From Polyangiaceae bacterium (GTDB taxonomy: Bacteria; Myxococcota_A; Polyangia; Polyangiales; Polyangiaceae), in assembly GCA_044376115.1 (NCBI GenBank), contig JBILLK010000011.1, forward strand, positions 32,001 through 96,000: 64,000 nt of DNA. The letters run 5' to 3'. The notes under the pieces are model-generated. The model had not been told where the DNA came from. It saw only the letters and a list, made by a program, of their open reading frames with translations, and did not search any database. Within the stretch, counting starts at the first letter, position 1; every line of letters starts with the position of its first letter. Below, piece by piece: positions 37,959 through 48,220 of this stretch. The position numbers were made by a program, and so were the translations under genes.

Positions 37959-38774
37959 TTATTCCTCGACCTCTCCTTGGCTCGACACGCGGAACTCCAA
38001 GTCGCGCCGGGCGCCAGCTAGTGAAACCAACACGGTGTCCTCGTCGAGGCGCGAGAAGGCGAGGGTCAACTCGTCGTCATCCGGCGTGGTCAAGGTGTAG
38101 GTACCGCTCTGTGGAACGGGATCGGCCCAGCGCCATTCAACGTTATCGATGCTTAGGTCCCAGTCGCCAGCCGCACCGCTCCAGCTTCGGCTTCCGCTGA
38201 GCACGATTCCGTCGGCCCACGCGCCATCCAAGGCGGATTGCGTACGATCCCCAGTCCCGGTTCCCGCTCTACCGTCGGCGAGTCGCGTCCATTCGAGCTC
38301 GTGCACCACGCGACGAGACTGTGTGGCGCTCGTCCAAGAGACTTGTGCGCTGCCGCTGACCTCGACGCGGCCGTTCGAAAGCGCCTCCCACGTGTGTTCT
38401 ACCAACACGTCTCCCTCGTCGGCACGGGCCACTGTCACCGAGTGCGAGCCGGTGTAGGTCATACCGTGGTACTCGCAGCCTTGCTCGACGCCAAACCGGA
38501 TCGTCACGGTGGCACCTTCCTGCTCGATCTCGGCACAATCGACCTGGCTAGCTGCAAATTCGGCGATCTCCTGCGCCGCCTGTTCGACCGCAACGCCAAG
38601 CGAAAAGCTGGTGGTAAGTTCGATGGTGCCTTCGGCGACGGTGGAAGCCTGGCTGGCGACAGCAACCTCGACGACAGCGTCCTTGGCCTCGGCGGTGGTC
38701 AACTCATCCGCAGGGCAGGCCGTGAGAATGGTAGAGAAGGAAAGGTAAAGAACGGGGAAGGTGCGATTGTTCAC
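37959..38774 (-). CDS. Hypothetical beta-rich lipoprotein
   Basis: GTG after AAGGAG; ILTAC lipobox; Thr/Ser-rich alternating strands. Confidence 0.8.
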   Translation of the reverse strand: MNNRTFPVLYLSFSTILTACPADELTTAEAKDAVVEVAVASQASTVAEGTIELTTSFSLGVAVEQAAQEIAEFAASQVDCAEIEQEGATVTIRFGVEQGCEYHGMTYTGSHSVTVARADEGDVLVEHTWEALSNGRVEVSGSAQVSWTSATQSRRVVHELEWTRLADGRAGTGTGDRTQSALDGAWADGIVLSGSRSWSGAAGDWDLSIDNVEWRWADPVPQSGTYTLTTPDDDELTLAFSRLDEDTVLVSLAGARRDLEFRVSSQGEVEE

Positions 38775-38871
38775 GGGCAGAAGTCTCCTTGGGGTTCCTT
38801 GCTTGGACCCGCCGAGAGGCCAAAAGGTAAAGTCGCAAAACAGAGCGGCTGCGCAGCGCTTAAGCCGAACC

Positions 38872-39786
38872 GTGGCAGTTGCTTTTTTTGTGTTGAGCCC
38901 GGCGTCGGCCGTCGTCGCCGAGGTCCCAGCCAGTCCGTCTCGTGCCGTTGCAGCGGGCCGCTTTGCAGAAGGGGAACGCGCGTACGCAGTAGGAGATTTC
39001 CGAGCAGCGGCCGTCGCTTTTGAGTCCGCGCACCTCGCCGATCCGCAGCCCGCTTCGGCTTGGAACGCCGCGAGGTCCTGGCATCTCGCAGGGGAGCTCG
39101 CGCAAGCCGCAACCTTCTATCGCCGCTACCTTGATCTTGCGCCGCCAGGCGCCGCAGACCGTGACGAGGCCACTCGCCAGTTGCTCGCTCTCGCAGGGGA
39201 GATCGCGCGTGTGGAGGTGGTTGGGGTCGAGCCGAGCGTCCTTCGCGTCGACGGTCGTTCAGCGATTGCCGCGGTCCTCTATCTCGTCCCTGGCACGCAC
39301 CGTATCGAGGCCGAGTTTCCCGAGGGGAGCGTCGGGGTAACGGTGGAGCTCTTGCGAGGGGAACAACGCTCGATGGTGTTAGAGCGCCCCAAACCCGCAA
39401 TGCTCAGCAAGCCTTCTGCGGAGCTAAACGGCGGGCGACCTAGCCAGGTGCAACCAGTCGAGGGCGCGTCCCCAAGCTCGCCGGGCGGGGTTTCCCCCTG
39501 GCTGCTGGTTCCTTTCGCCATAGGCACCGGACTGGCGGGCGTGCTCACGGTCGCCTCCGCGATCGATACCCAGATCGCTCTCGATCAGTACCTCGCTATT
39601 CCTGAGGAGGAACGCACGCTCGCGCAATGGGAGGACGGCAAGTTCAAGCAGGACCGCACCAACGTTGCTATCGGCATAAGCGTGGGCTTGGGCGTGGCTT
39701 CGCTGGCCGTCGCGTTATTCGCTGTGGACTTTGGGGCAGGGACGCTCGTGGGCTTTGACTCGAGAGGGCTGCGTGTCCACTTCTGA
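38872..39786 (+). CDS. TPR + PEGA-like membrane protein (start uncertain)
   Basis: F.EGERAY..GDF..AA..FE.A...DP.P...WN.A TPR, VDG...L.PG.H.I PEGA-like strand, C-terminal TMs. Confidence 0.8.
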   Translation: MAVAFFVLSPASAVVAEVPASPSRAVAAGRFAEGERAYAVGDFRAAAVAFESAHLADPQPASAWNAARSWHLAGELAQAATFYRRYLDLAPPGAADRDEATRQLLALAGEIARVEVVGVEPSVLRVDGRSAIAAVLYLVPGTHRIEAEFPEGSVGVTVELLRGEQRSMVLERPKPAMLSKPSAELNGGRPSQVQPVEGASPSSPGGVSPWLLVPFAIGTGLAGVLTVASAIDTQIALDQYLAIPEEERTLAQWEDGKFKQDRTNVAIGISVGLGVASLAVALFAVDFGAGTLVGFDSRGLRVHF

Positions 39787-41170
39787 GTCCTTTGCCGGTG
39801 CCGTAGGTGACTGCCAGGTCTTGTTCGAACTGGCGAGCGGCGGCATGGCGAGCGTGTTTCTCGCCCGCCAACTCGGCGACGCGGGCTTTGAACGCCTCGT
39901 GGCGATCAAACGGGTGCACCGGCATTTGGTCGAAGACCCGGAGGTCTTTGCGATGGCGAGCGACGAGGCTCGGATCGCCGCGCTCGTGCGGCATCCCAAC
40001 GTCGTATCGGTGATCGGTGTTCACGATGCGCGCGGCGAGCTGTTGCTCATTCAGGAGTACGTTGAAGGGGTACCGCTGTCGCGGTTGCTTCGTGTGCTTG
40101 GAGACCGCTGTGCACGCTTGCCTCTTTCGGTTGCACTTGCGATCGCGGTTGATGCGGCCAAAGGCTTAGCGGCGACTCACGATGCGGTCGATCTACGCGG
40201 TGAGCCTTTGGCCATCGTTCACCGGGATGTGAGCCCACAGAATCTGTTGGTCGGAACGGACGGCGTCACGCGCGTGATCGACTTCGGCATTGCGCGTTCG
40301 GAGCGACGGATGACGATGACGCGAACCGGCGTGCTCAAAGGCAAGCTTGCGTACATGGCGCCCGAGCAGATCGAAGAGCAGGCGGTGGACCGGCGCGCCG
40401 ACGTCTACGCGCTCGGCGCCGTATTGTTTGAGATGGTCACCGGAACTCGTGCGTTCGAGGCCGGCGATGACGCCGCTCTGATGGCGAAGATCCTGAGCGG
40501 CTCGCTCGATCTCGAGGCGGTACCGGATTCGCTGCGGCAATTGATTGAGCATACGATGCAGCGTTCGCCGGCGGCGCGCTGCGCGACGGCCAGCGAAGTC
40601 GCACGCGGCTTGCGTGAGGTCGGTGGCGTCGCCGCTGAAGAAGAGATCGCCGCGCTGGTCGCAGCGCTCTTCGGTGAGGAGCTCGCCGCGAGGAGGGCGC
40701 GTATCGCCGAGGCCATCGCACGCTTTGAAGAGCCGCAGCCCAGCGTCGAGACATCGGGTCTGGCGAAGCCGCAGATCGAAGGGGGCGCACCCGGTTCGCC
40801 GGCGCGTACGAGCGGCAACTCTGGCAAACGACTGCTCCTGCTAGCGTCGGGGCTTGGGCTCTTTGCCGCGGGATGGTTCTTGGCCAATCGGCCGGCCGGG
40901 CAAGCGCTGCCCAACGAGCGAAGCACTGTTCCCTCGCTAGGGGCGTCCTCCCGACCAGAGCCTCCAATGAGCGCCACTCAGCGAGAGTCTGTTTCCACTG
41001 CTGCCGGTATCGCGCCCAGCGCGGCTTTCGTTCCAGCCTCCTCGCCAGAGAGTTCGACGACCCGTCGAGCTGGCCCGGCTTCGTCGAGCCGCAGCGTCTC
41101 AGCCAGTCCGTCCGCGAGCGTTAGCGTTCATCGGTCCGACCTTCATCCGAGCCCGTATGCTCCTCCCTAA
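39773..41170 (+). CDS. Eukaryotic-type Ser/Thr protein kinase, membrane-anchored
   Basis: LASGGMASV, VAIK, HRDVSPQN, DFGIA, YMAPEQ, DVYALG; TM near residue 370. Confidence 0.96.
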   Translation: MSTSESFAGAVGDCQVLFELASGGMASVFLARQLGDAGFERLVAIKRVHRHLVEDPEVFAMASDEARIAALVRHPNVVSVIGVHDARGELLLIQEYVEGVPLSRLLRVLGDRCARLPLSVALAIAVDAAKGLAATHDAVDLRGEPLAIVHRDVSPQNLLVGTDGVTRVIDFGIARSERRMTMTRTGVLKGKLAYMAPEQIEEQAVDRRADVYALGAVLFEMVTGTRAFEAGDDAALMAKILSGSLDLEAVPDSLRQLIEHTMQRSPAARCATASEVARGLREVGGVAAEEEIAALVAALFGEELAARRARIAEAIARFEEPQPSVETSGLAKPQIEGGAPGSPARTSGNSGKRLLLLASGLGLFAAGWFLANRPAGQALPNERSTVPSLGASSRPEPPMSATQRESVSTAAGIAPSAAFVPASSPESSTTRRAGPASSSRSVSASPSASVSVHRSDLHPSPYAPP

Positions 41171-42239
41171 CGCTGGTGAAGTCCGGCTTTCTCCGAGCGC
41201 ATGGTTGCGCTTGGGGTTGTCGCTGCTGCTCGGGAGTGGTTGCACGGCGTTCGACGGGATCGAGCCGTCCTTTGGCGGCGCCAGTTCGACTGGGGGCTCG
41301 AGCTCGGAGTCCTCGGGCGGACCTGGAGGAGCGGCTCCTCGCGGGCTCTTACCACTGCTCGATGCTGCCAACGTCTGTTCGTTGATTCAGCGCTGCCCAA
41401 CGCTCGGCGGTTCCATCTTGTTGTCTACGGGTTTGCCCCTGGTGCAGACAGACGCAAACGCGAACCCAACCGTCCGCAACTTCTCCTCGTGCATCGATTG
41501 GTTGAATGCACCGCTCGAGGCTGGGCACCCCGGCTTTGATGGCCTGCGCGACCTGCTCGTCGACGTCGCGACGGCGACGCGTTGCGAGGATGCTGACGCT
41601 TTGCTACCCAGGGTGAAGGCGACCGCCGCTGTTTGTTCGCGCGGTGAGGTTTGCACTGACGCGGCAACCGCCGTCGCTTGCCCGGATGCAGTCCTGTCGA
41701 ACTGTGGGCGCGGGCTGTTCGCTCCAGGCAGTACCTGCCTCGCCCAAACGCACGCCGCCTGCGCGGTCGGGGAGTGTACCGGGGCAGAGGTATTGTGCGA
41801 TGAACCCTACGCCTTCCGCTGCGTGGATGGCCTTCGCGAGGGACTCGACTGCTCGCTGTATGGGCTTTCGTGCGAGCCGGGCCTGGGCTGTATCGGTTCG
41901 CTTGGGAGCGCAGTGTGCGAGAGCGTCGGTGAGCAGCTTTGTTCGGGCGACGCGAGCCGGCTTCGCGTATGCGCCGGGGCGCTCGGAGCTGAGGCGGCTT
42001 CAAATGCAGAGTTTGATTGTGCAGCGATGGGCCGGACCTGCATCGAGGAGGGGCTTACTGGCCGCTGTGCTGCTCCCAAGGAGAGCTGTTCTCCGTATGA
42101 TCCAGACCAAAACGTGTGCACAGAAGATCGAATATCGCTCTGTGTTTCAGGGGAACGCTTGGACTTCGATTGCAGTTCCTTGGGCAAGGGTTGTCTGCCA
42201 GGCTCGGCTGACGGCGCGACTTCGGGGCATTGCCAATGA
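41157..42239 (+). CDS. Cys-rich lipoprotein
   Basis: LGSGC lipobox, Gly/Ser linker, repeated C...DC...G..C units. Confidence 0.8.
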   Translation: MLLPNAGEVRLSPSAWLRLGLSLLLGSGCTAFDGIEPSFGGASSTGGSSSESSGGPGGAAPRGLLPLLDAANVCSLIQRCPTLGGSILLSTGLPLVQTDANANPTVRNFSSCIDWLNAPLEAGHPGFDGLRDLLVDVATATRCEDADALLPRVKATAAVCSRGEVCTDAATAVACPDAVLSNCGRGLFAPGSTCLAQTHAACAVGECTGAEVLCDEPYAFRCVDGLREGLDCSLYGLSCEPGLGCIGSLGSAVCESVGEQLCSGDASRLRVCAGALGAEAASNAEFDCAAMGRTCIEEGLTGRCAAPKESCSPYDPDQNVCTEDRISLCVSGERLDFDCSSLGKGCLPGSADGATSGHCQ

Positions 42240-43180
42240 TCGACTTTACCTTCGGTAGACGAAGCGTGTCTTGTACGGGTGCCACCCACTCAAGACGCTC
42301 GCCGCCAAAGCTCGTGAACCTACCTCGCCAGAGTCGACGAACCGGAGGGAGTCCCCGGCTGTGGAACCGCCTCGGTCCTCGGCTGATCCTTTCGTGGTGC
42401 TCCGGTTTGGCCGCTGCGTGCGGGCTCGATCCCGAGGCAGGAGAGCTCCCGCCCGAGGCGAGTGTGCTGGTTACCGACTACGAAGAGGGTCGGGAATCGT
42501 TGTTCACAGGGATGTTGGCCGCGGCGCTGCCCGCCTTCCCGCTATCCGCAAGCACGCTCACGTTGGCCGACGCACTCGCTGCGCAGGCGAACGTGCCGGC
42601 AAGCATGGACAACCCAGGCTGCATGGACGTGATCGTCGACGGAGCAGAGGTCGCTTTCGTCATGAATGGTTGCACGGGGCCGTGGGGCCGAGTGGCGGTC
42701 TCAGGCACGGTGGCGGCCTCCTTCTCGCCCGGCGATGGTGACGCTACCTTCCACCTTACGGTCGCTTCGTCGGAGCTTACGATCGACGGAAGTCCCGCAT
42801 CCCATCAAGTGGAGGTCGACGTCGACCTATCCGGACCTTCTCGCTCCTTGTCCGTGAGCGGATCGTTCGAGGGACGTCGGCTGTTGCGCGATGTGTCCCA
42901 TACGGTCGATTTCGATATTGGCATCCTTCCGGGCGTTTCGGTATCGCTCGCCGGGTCGGTCCAGAGTGCGGTGGGGCGCCGAGAGTTCGCGAGCGAACTC
43001 GAGCTTGTGCGAGGGGCCTCGGCGGAGGACTGCCCTGAAGGAACGGTCGTGCTGGAGCGCCCTTTGGCTGGCCTCCTAGTGACGCTGACCTACGACGGGA
43101 CCGACCAATTCATTGCACGGACGAATCGCGGCGGGCGCGGCGCCTTCAGCTTCGAGTGCAACTCGAGCGAGGCGCCTTGA
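42236..43180 (+). CDS. Hypothetical beta-rich lipoprotein (start uncertain)
   Basis: LAAAC lipobox; GC.....G..V.....GC.G..G motif; ATGA overlap with the upstream gene. Confidence 0.75.
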   Translation: MIDFTFGRRSVSCTGATHSRRSPPKLVNLPRQSRRTGGSPRLWNRLGPRLILSWCSGLAAACGLDPEAGELPPEASVLVTDYEEGRESLFTGMLAAALPAFPLSASTLTLADALAAQANVPASMDNPGCMDVIVDGAEVAFVMNGCTGPWGRVAVSGTVAASFSPGDGDATFHLTVASSELTIDGSPASHQVEVDVDLSGPSRSLSVSGSFEGRRLLRDVSHTVDFDIGILPGVSVSLAGSVQSAVGRREFASELELVRGASAEDCPEGTVVLERPLAGLLVTLTYDGTDQFIARTNRGGRGAFSFECNSSEAP

Positions 43181-43707
43181 CCGACGAGGAGCTTGTCGCG
43201 CGGATTCGCAGCGGGGATGGTCGCGCCCGTGACGAGCTCGCTCGCAGGCACTTGCCGCTGCTTGCTCGGCTGGTGAAGCGGTACGTTCGCGAGGCCGACG
43301 CCGATGACGTCGCTCAGAGGTCGATGCTGCGCGGCCTCGAGAAGCTCGACTCCTTTCGTGGGGAGTCAGCGTTCCGTTCCTGGCTCCATCGTATTGCGGT
43401 GAATGTCGCGCTCAACCACGTTCGGGACCATCGCAAAGAGTTGCTTGGCGCGGAGTTGGATGAGGCTGACCTAATCACCAATACGCTGGGTACCGCACGG
43501 CTCGTTGCTCGCGAGGCCAAGCAGCGCTTGCTCGCCGCCGTGGAAGAGTTACCGCCAAAACAGCGGCGCTGCGTCGAGTTGCGACTCTTGGACGGCCTCA
43601 CGTTCGCTGAGGTTGGTGTGGAGTTGGGCGTTTCAGAGGACTCCGCCAAAGTAAACTTCCACCACGCGCTCAAACGGCTCCGTACGCACTTGGAACCATC
43701 GCCTTAG
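43177..43707 (+). CDS. ECF RNA polymerase sigma factor
   Basis: TDEELV, DADDVAQ, F.GES.F.SWL.RIA.N, LP..QR, EVG..LG.S....K...H.A. Confidence 0.93.
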   Translation: MTDEELVARIRSGDGRARDELARRHLPLLARLVKRYVREADADDVAQRSMLRGLEKLDSFRGESAFRSWLHRIAVNVALNHVRDHRKELLGAELDEADLITNTLGTARLVAREAKQRLLAAVEELPPKQRRCVELRLLDGLTFAEVGVELGVSEDSAKVNFHHALKRLRTHLEPSP

Positions 43708-43735
43708 CGGCGGCCTCACGAGCGATTCAGGCAGG

Positions 43736-44599
43736 CTAGGGGAGCTCGGGCTCGCCGCCGAAGAAGCCAACGATCCGTAGCACCTTCCCGCTGTCTTCCA
43801 CTACCGCGACGTCGGTCCCTTCCAAGATCAAACCATTGTCCGCCCCGCGGATTTCCCAGCGCCAACGCAACCAGTTGCCGTGCGTCTCAATGCCGCTCCC
43901 AAGTACCAGCGTGACGTCTGCAAATTGCGCCTGAAACGCCGAAATAACCTGCGACAAGCCGTCCCGGCCGGTTGCATCGGCGGTGGGGTCAACATACCGG
44001 CCATTCTCGGTCCAGGCGGTCTCGAGCAAAGCCAGTCGTGTCACCTCGTCGTGTTCGTTCCAAGCGTCGAGATAGGCCTGGAGCGGGGCGCTTGGCGTAT
44101 TCATCGCGGGCGGTGCGATCTCGAACGCGACCAGCTGCGCAAGTCGATTGTCCGCAGCGCGCTCGACGAAGCAAAGCTGCTCGGCGCTGCTCGAGCCTGT
44201 GCCTCGTTGGGCAAACCGTGCGAACTCGGCGGTCTCGTCGAGCTGACTCAGCTCAACGGCGTCGAAGGTCGTAACCCCGAGTAAGTCGCTGATCGCGGCG
44301 TGGCCAACGGCAACCTCACGTTGCAACCGAACCTCGGCCTGCTCCGAAAAGGCGCCTGCAACGAGGCAGGCGCGCTCCTCGGCTTGGCTCGCCTGCGTCG
44401 CTTGGACGTAGCCACTCACCGCCTCGTCGAGCGAGGTGGCCGGCTCGGGCTGACACTCGGCGCCTCCGCCAGCGCTTTCCCCGGCGCCTCCGGAGTTCGA
44501 GCTGCTTGTCCCTCCTGTGCCACCGCTCGACCCGGAACTCTCGTCTTCCGTGCAAGAAGTGATGGTTAAAAGCATCAGTGCCGAGAACGCCATTCGCAT
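43736..44599 (-). CDS. Lipoprotein with tandem SnoaL/NTF2-like domains
   Basis: ITSC lipobox; YLDAWNE.D...R..LL...W.....Y.DP, G.D.......GK...I.GFF. Confidence 0.85.
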   Translation of the reverse strand: MRMAFSALMLLTITSCTEDESSGSSGGTGGTSSSNSGGAGESAGGGAECQPEPATSLDEAVSGYVQATQASQAEERACLVAGAFSEQAEVRLQREVAVGHAAISDLLGVTTFDAVELSQLDETAEFARFAQRGTGSSSAEQLCFVERAADNRLAQLVAFEIAPPAMNTPSAPLQAYLDAWNEHDEVTRLALLETAWTENGRYVDPTADATGRDGLSQVISAFQAQFADVTLVLGSGIETHGNWLRWRWEIRGADNGLILEGTDVAVVEDSGKVLRIVGFFGGEPELP

Positions 44600-44733
44600 G
44601 GCTGGAACCTAGCAAGCCCATGCTCGCTCCAGCGCGACCAACCGTGCCAATCGTCAGACCAAACGCGCCGCCGCGGGCGCCAAGAACGTGCCCCCACTAG
44701 TCTCCCGTACAGGCCGTGGTACGCTGATTCGTG

Positions 44734-47010
44734 ATGTCTTTTCGCTTCACGAACATTCTTATTGGCACAGCCCTCGTCGTTTTCTCCGCGACCAGTGGCT
44801 GCACTTGCGCTGAGGGCGTTCTTCCTGAAACGGAGGAAGGCGGCGGTGGTAACGGGGGAGAAGGCGGGAGCGGTGGAGAGGACTTGGGGCCGTGCGGCGT
44901 TGATTGCTCGCAGCTCCCGACACCGCCCTGCACCATCGGCGTGTGTAACGTCGGCCAGGCCATCGGGCCGGTCAACACCTGCGTCGTGATCCCCGCGCCG
45001 ACGGGCACTCCCTGCGACGACGGTACCTTTTGCACCGCTGGAGACACTTGCGATAGCGGTACTTGCGTCGGTGGGCCCCCGAATGAATGTGGTATCGAGC
45101 CCTCGCCCTGTGAGGCGGTCCTCTGTTCCGAGGCCTCACAGAGTTGCAGCGTCGCTCCAGTGAATGACGGCACTGACTGCACGCCTACAGACCTCTGCCA
45201 GATCCATGGCGTCTGTCAGTTGGGTCAGTGCATCGGCGAGCCCAAAGACTGCTCCCTCTCGCCGCTGAACGAGTGCAACACCGTCGAGTGCGATCCCGCT
45301 ACTGGTCAATGCGCTGGCACCCCCGACCCGTTCAAGGACAACAACTTCTGCGTCCTCACCGGAGACCTCTGTCAGGTTGATAAGGCTTGTCAGAACGGTC
45401 AGTGCGTCGGCGGTCTACCGAAGAATTGCAGCCAGTTCGACGTCGCTTGCGAGGTCGGCGTTTGCGATGAGGCCACGGGCATTTGCAACCCGGTGATGGC
45501 GCCGGAAGGCTCGGCCTGCGGTGAGGGCATCACCGCCTGCGAGGAAGGCTTTTGCGACGCCAACGGTGAATGCAAGGCTTCGGCTGCTGCCAATGGCACC
45601 TCTTGCAATGATCACAACGCTTGTTCGGCCGCAGACCAATGTATGGCCGGCGCATGCTCGGCAGGTATGTCGGTCGCTGGTTGCACCATCTACCTGCAAG
45701 AGGGCTTCGAGGTTTGCCCGAACGGTTGGTCGCTCGCAGGGGATTGGCAATGTGGTGAGCCGCAGCTCGTCGGTCCACCTTCGGCGCTTACCGGCAACGG
45801 CGTCTTGGCCACGAAGATCGGCGGCGTCTACAGCGTCAGTCAGAGTTTCAACACCACCGTCGCTGACTCCCCGGCGATCGATCTGACCGCTGCTACGAGC
45901 CCGCGGCTCTCCTTTTGGGCTTGGGATCACACCGAGGGCGGTACCTTTGACGGTTGGAATCTCAAGATCAGCACCAACGGCGGTCAGACTTTCACGCCCG
46001 TCTCAACGGTTGCTCCGGCATACCCACTTACAGTCGCCTCGCAAGCTGCTTGGGGCGGGAACAACTCAGCCGCAGGTTGGCAAAACTATCAAGCGGACTT
46101 GACCGCGTATGCCGGGCAGTCAGTGATCCTACGCTTTGCCTTCCGCAGCGACGCAGCAAGTGTCTATCCCGGCGTCTACATTGATGACCTCTTCGTTGCC
46201 GAGCCCGAGCAAAACCCGCTCTACGTCACCACCTCCTCGATTCCCGACAATTACGTAGGAGTGCCCTTCACCGCGGCCATGGCGCGCAATGGTGGAACTC
46301 CAGGTGCTGTTTGGAGCATCGTGCCTGGAGGCGTGAACACCAGCTGGCTATCGATTGATCCGGCAACCGGCCTGATCACCGGTACGCCAACGGTTGCAGA
46401 CGTGGGTCCGGTGACGGTCACCGTACGAGTGCAGGAGCCTTCTCTGCCGTCGAATTTCGATGAGAAGACCTTCAGCGCGAACGTCAATTACGCGGCCTAC
46501 TACACCAGCTTCGAGGGAGCATGCCCGGCCGGCTGGACGCTCAGCGGCACGTGGCAATGTGGCGTCCCGACGACGGTTGGCCCGGCGACTGCTTTTGTTG
46601 GGTCGCAATGCGTCGCCACGCGGATCTCGAGCAACTACCTCAATTCGCAATCCTTCGCAGCGTCGAACGCAACTTCTCCAGCGATCGACCTGAGCGGTTC
46701 GGCCTTCCCCACGTTGACCTTCCGCATGTGGGTCCACACCGAAGGCGGCACCTTCGACGGTTACAATCTGAAGGTAAGCACTGACGATGGCGCAACCTAC
46801 TCGGTCGTTGACACGGTCAATCCCCCGTACCCCCTCACGATCGCCGGCGAGCCGGCCTGGGGCGGGAATCAGCAAGGCCTTGGCTGGCAACAAGTGCAGG
46901 CCAACCTTGCCGCTTACAGCGGACAGGTCATCCGGCTGCGACTCAGCTTTCGAAGTGACTCCTCGGGTAATTTCCCGGGCGTCTACGTTGACGATTTCCT
47001 AGTTCAATGA
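44734..47010 (+). CDS. Surface lipoprotein: Cys-rich repeats, two MAM/InhA-like beta-sandwich domains and an Ig-like domain
   Basis: TSGC lipobox; CDDG..CT..D.C..G.C repeats; duplicated domain HTEGGTFDG.NLK.ST..G.T/Y...RSD.S...PGVY.DD; WLSIDP.TG.I.GTP Ig-like segment. Confidence 0.85.
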   Translation: MSFRFTNILIGTALVVFSATSGCTCAEGVLPETEEGGGGNGGEGGSGGEDLGPCGVDCSQLPTPPCTIGVCNVGQAIGPVNTCVVIPAPTGTPCDDGTFCTAGDTCDSGTCVGGPPNECGIEPSPCEAVLCSEASQSCSVAPVNDGTDCTPTDLCQIHGVCQLGQCIGEPKDCSLSPLNECNTVECDPATGQCAGTPDPFKDNNFCVLTGDLCQVDKACQNGQCVGGLPKNCSQFDVACEVGVCDEATGICNPVMAPEGSACGEGITACEEGFCDANGECKASAAANGTSCNDHNACSAADQCMAGACSAGMSVAGCTIYLQEGFEVCPNGWSLAGDWQCGEPQLVGPPSALTGNGVLATKIGGVYSVSQSFNTTVADSPAIDLTAATSPRLSFWAWDHTEGGTFDGWNLKISTNGGQTFTPVSTVAPAYPLTVASQAAWGGNNSAAGWQNYQADLTAYAGQSVILRFAFRSDAASVYPGVYIDDLFVAEPEQNPLYVTTSSIPDNYVGVPFTAAMARNGGTPGAVWSIVPGGVNTSWLSIDPATGLITGTPTVADVGPVTVTVRVQEPSLPSNFDEKTFSANVNYAAYYTSFEGACPAGWTLSGTWQCGVPTTVGPATAFVGSQCVATRISSNYLNSQSFAASNATSPAIDLSGSAFPTLTFRMWVHTEGGTFDGYNLKVSTDDGATYSVVDTVNPPYPLTIAGEPAWGGNQQGLGWQQVQANLAAYSGQVIRLRLSFRSDSSGNFPGVYVDDFLVQ

Positions 47011-48173
47011 AGCTTAGTGCCATGACGCTTAGTGCAATGATGGAGGCCTCCGTGCGCGGTCCAACGTATCTTGAGCGGCGTAGTTCGCTAGCTGCAGTTC
47101 TACTTATCACTGCAGCTGTTGTGGGCTGCGCCGAGGAAGCGACTCCTCCCACCAGCGGTGGTGCAGGCGGAGCAGGCGGAGAAGGCGGAGCGACGAGCGG
47201 TGGTGGAGGAGCGGGCGGTGGCAACGGCGGCTTTACGCAGGGGGGAGGCGGCACCGGCGGTACTCCAGTTTGCGTATCGACCAGCGAGAAGGCCGAGGCC
47301 ACGCCGCTCGACATCATCTTCGTTATCGATTGGTCGCAGAGCATGCAGGGCGCTTCTTGGCAGGGGTCCACCTCCGCGCTCGAGACGTTTCTTACTGAGC
47401 CGGCTTCGGCAGGCATCAGCGCCGGAATGGTCTTCTTTCCCACCATCAAGCCCTTCTTTGAGGACACCTGCGATACGCAGCTCTACAAGGTGCTCGACGT
47501 TCCGATTGCACCCTTGCCAGGGAATGCCTTTGCGCTGGTCAACTCCTTTCCGGCGGACGCGGTTGGTGCACCGTCGCCACTCTACGCTGGCCTCGTTGGC
47601 GCTTTGCAGGCTGCAACGGCTCAACAAGACGCGAATCCGTCGCATAAGGTGATTGTGGTCATGGCCAGTGACGGTGGCTACAACACCTGCGGATATGGCA
47701 TTGACGCCATTTCGGGCTGGGCCAGAAACGCTCTCGACTACAACGGTGTGCGTACGTACACCATCGCAGTCCAGGCCGCGCAGATCTCCTTCGACAACCT
47801 CGAGCAGATCGCCATCGATGGCGGTACGGACGTCGTCTACGACGCGTCCGACATCAGCGAGTTCTCCGACAAAATCTCAGAGATTCGCGCGGCAGCGTTG
47901 GGCTGTGACTTCATGATCCCAGCTCCTCCCTCGGGCCAGGATCTCGTCCCCGACGAGGTGAACTTCACCTACGCCCCTGGCGGCTCCGACACGCCGATTA
48001 CCCTGCCTCGTGCAGATAACCTCGCCGACTGCGGAGATCTGCCTGGCTGGTATTACGACAATAACGTTGCCCCGACGAAGATCATTGTTTGCCCTGCCTC
48101 GTGCACCACAATCCAGAATGACACTGAGGCGGAGGTGGCGGTGGCCTTTGGCTGTGCCTCTATCCCCAACTGA
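47007..48173 (+). CDS. vWA domain lipoprotein
   Basis: DIIFVIDWSQSM MIDAS, ASDG, C-terminal GWYYD.....I..CP.SC module typical of myxobacterial vWA lipoproteins. Confidence 0.88.
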   Translation: MKLSAMTLSAMMEASVRGPTYLERRSSLAAVLLITAAVVGCAEEATPPTSGGAGGAGGEGGATSGGGGAGGGNGGFTQGGGGTGGTPVCVSTSEKAEATPLDIIFVIDWSQSMQGASWQGSTSALETFLTEPASAGISAGMVFFPTIKPFFEDTCDTQLYKVLDVPIAPLPGNAFALVNSFPADAVGAPSPLYAGLVGALQAATAQQDANPSHKVIVVMASDGGYNTCGYGIDAISGWARNALDYNGVRTYTIAVQAAQISFDNLEQIAIDGGTDVVYDASDISEFSDKISEIRAAALGCDFMIPAPPSGQDLVPDEVNFTYAPGGSDTPITLPRADNLADCGDLPGWYYDNNVAPTKIIVCPASCTTIQNDTEAEVAVAFGCASIPN

Positions 48174-48220
48174 TACAACATTAGGCTTACTTGCTCGCTA
48201 TCTGACTTAGGAGAACCACT

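Noticed and set aside
43177..43707. Phosphorylation-activated (ECF43-like) sigma because a kinase is in the operon
   Set aside because: Region 2.2 keeps the acidic DADD motif rather than a Ser/Thr substitution, so there is no direct support.
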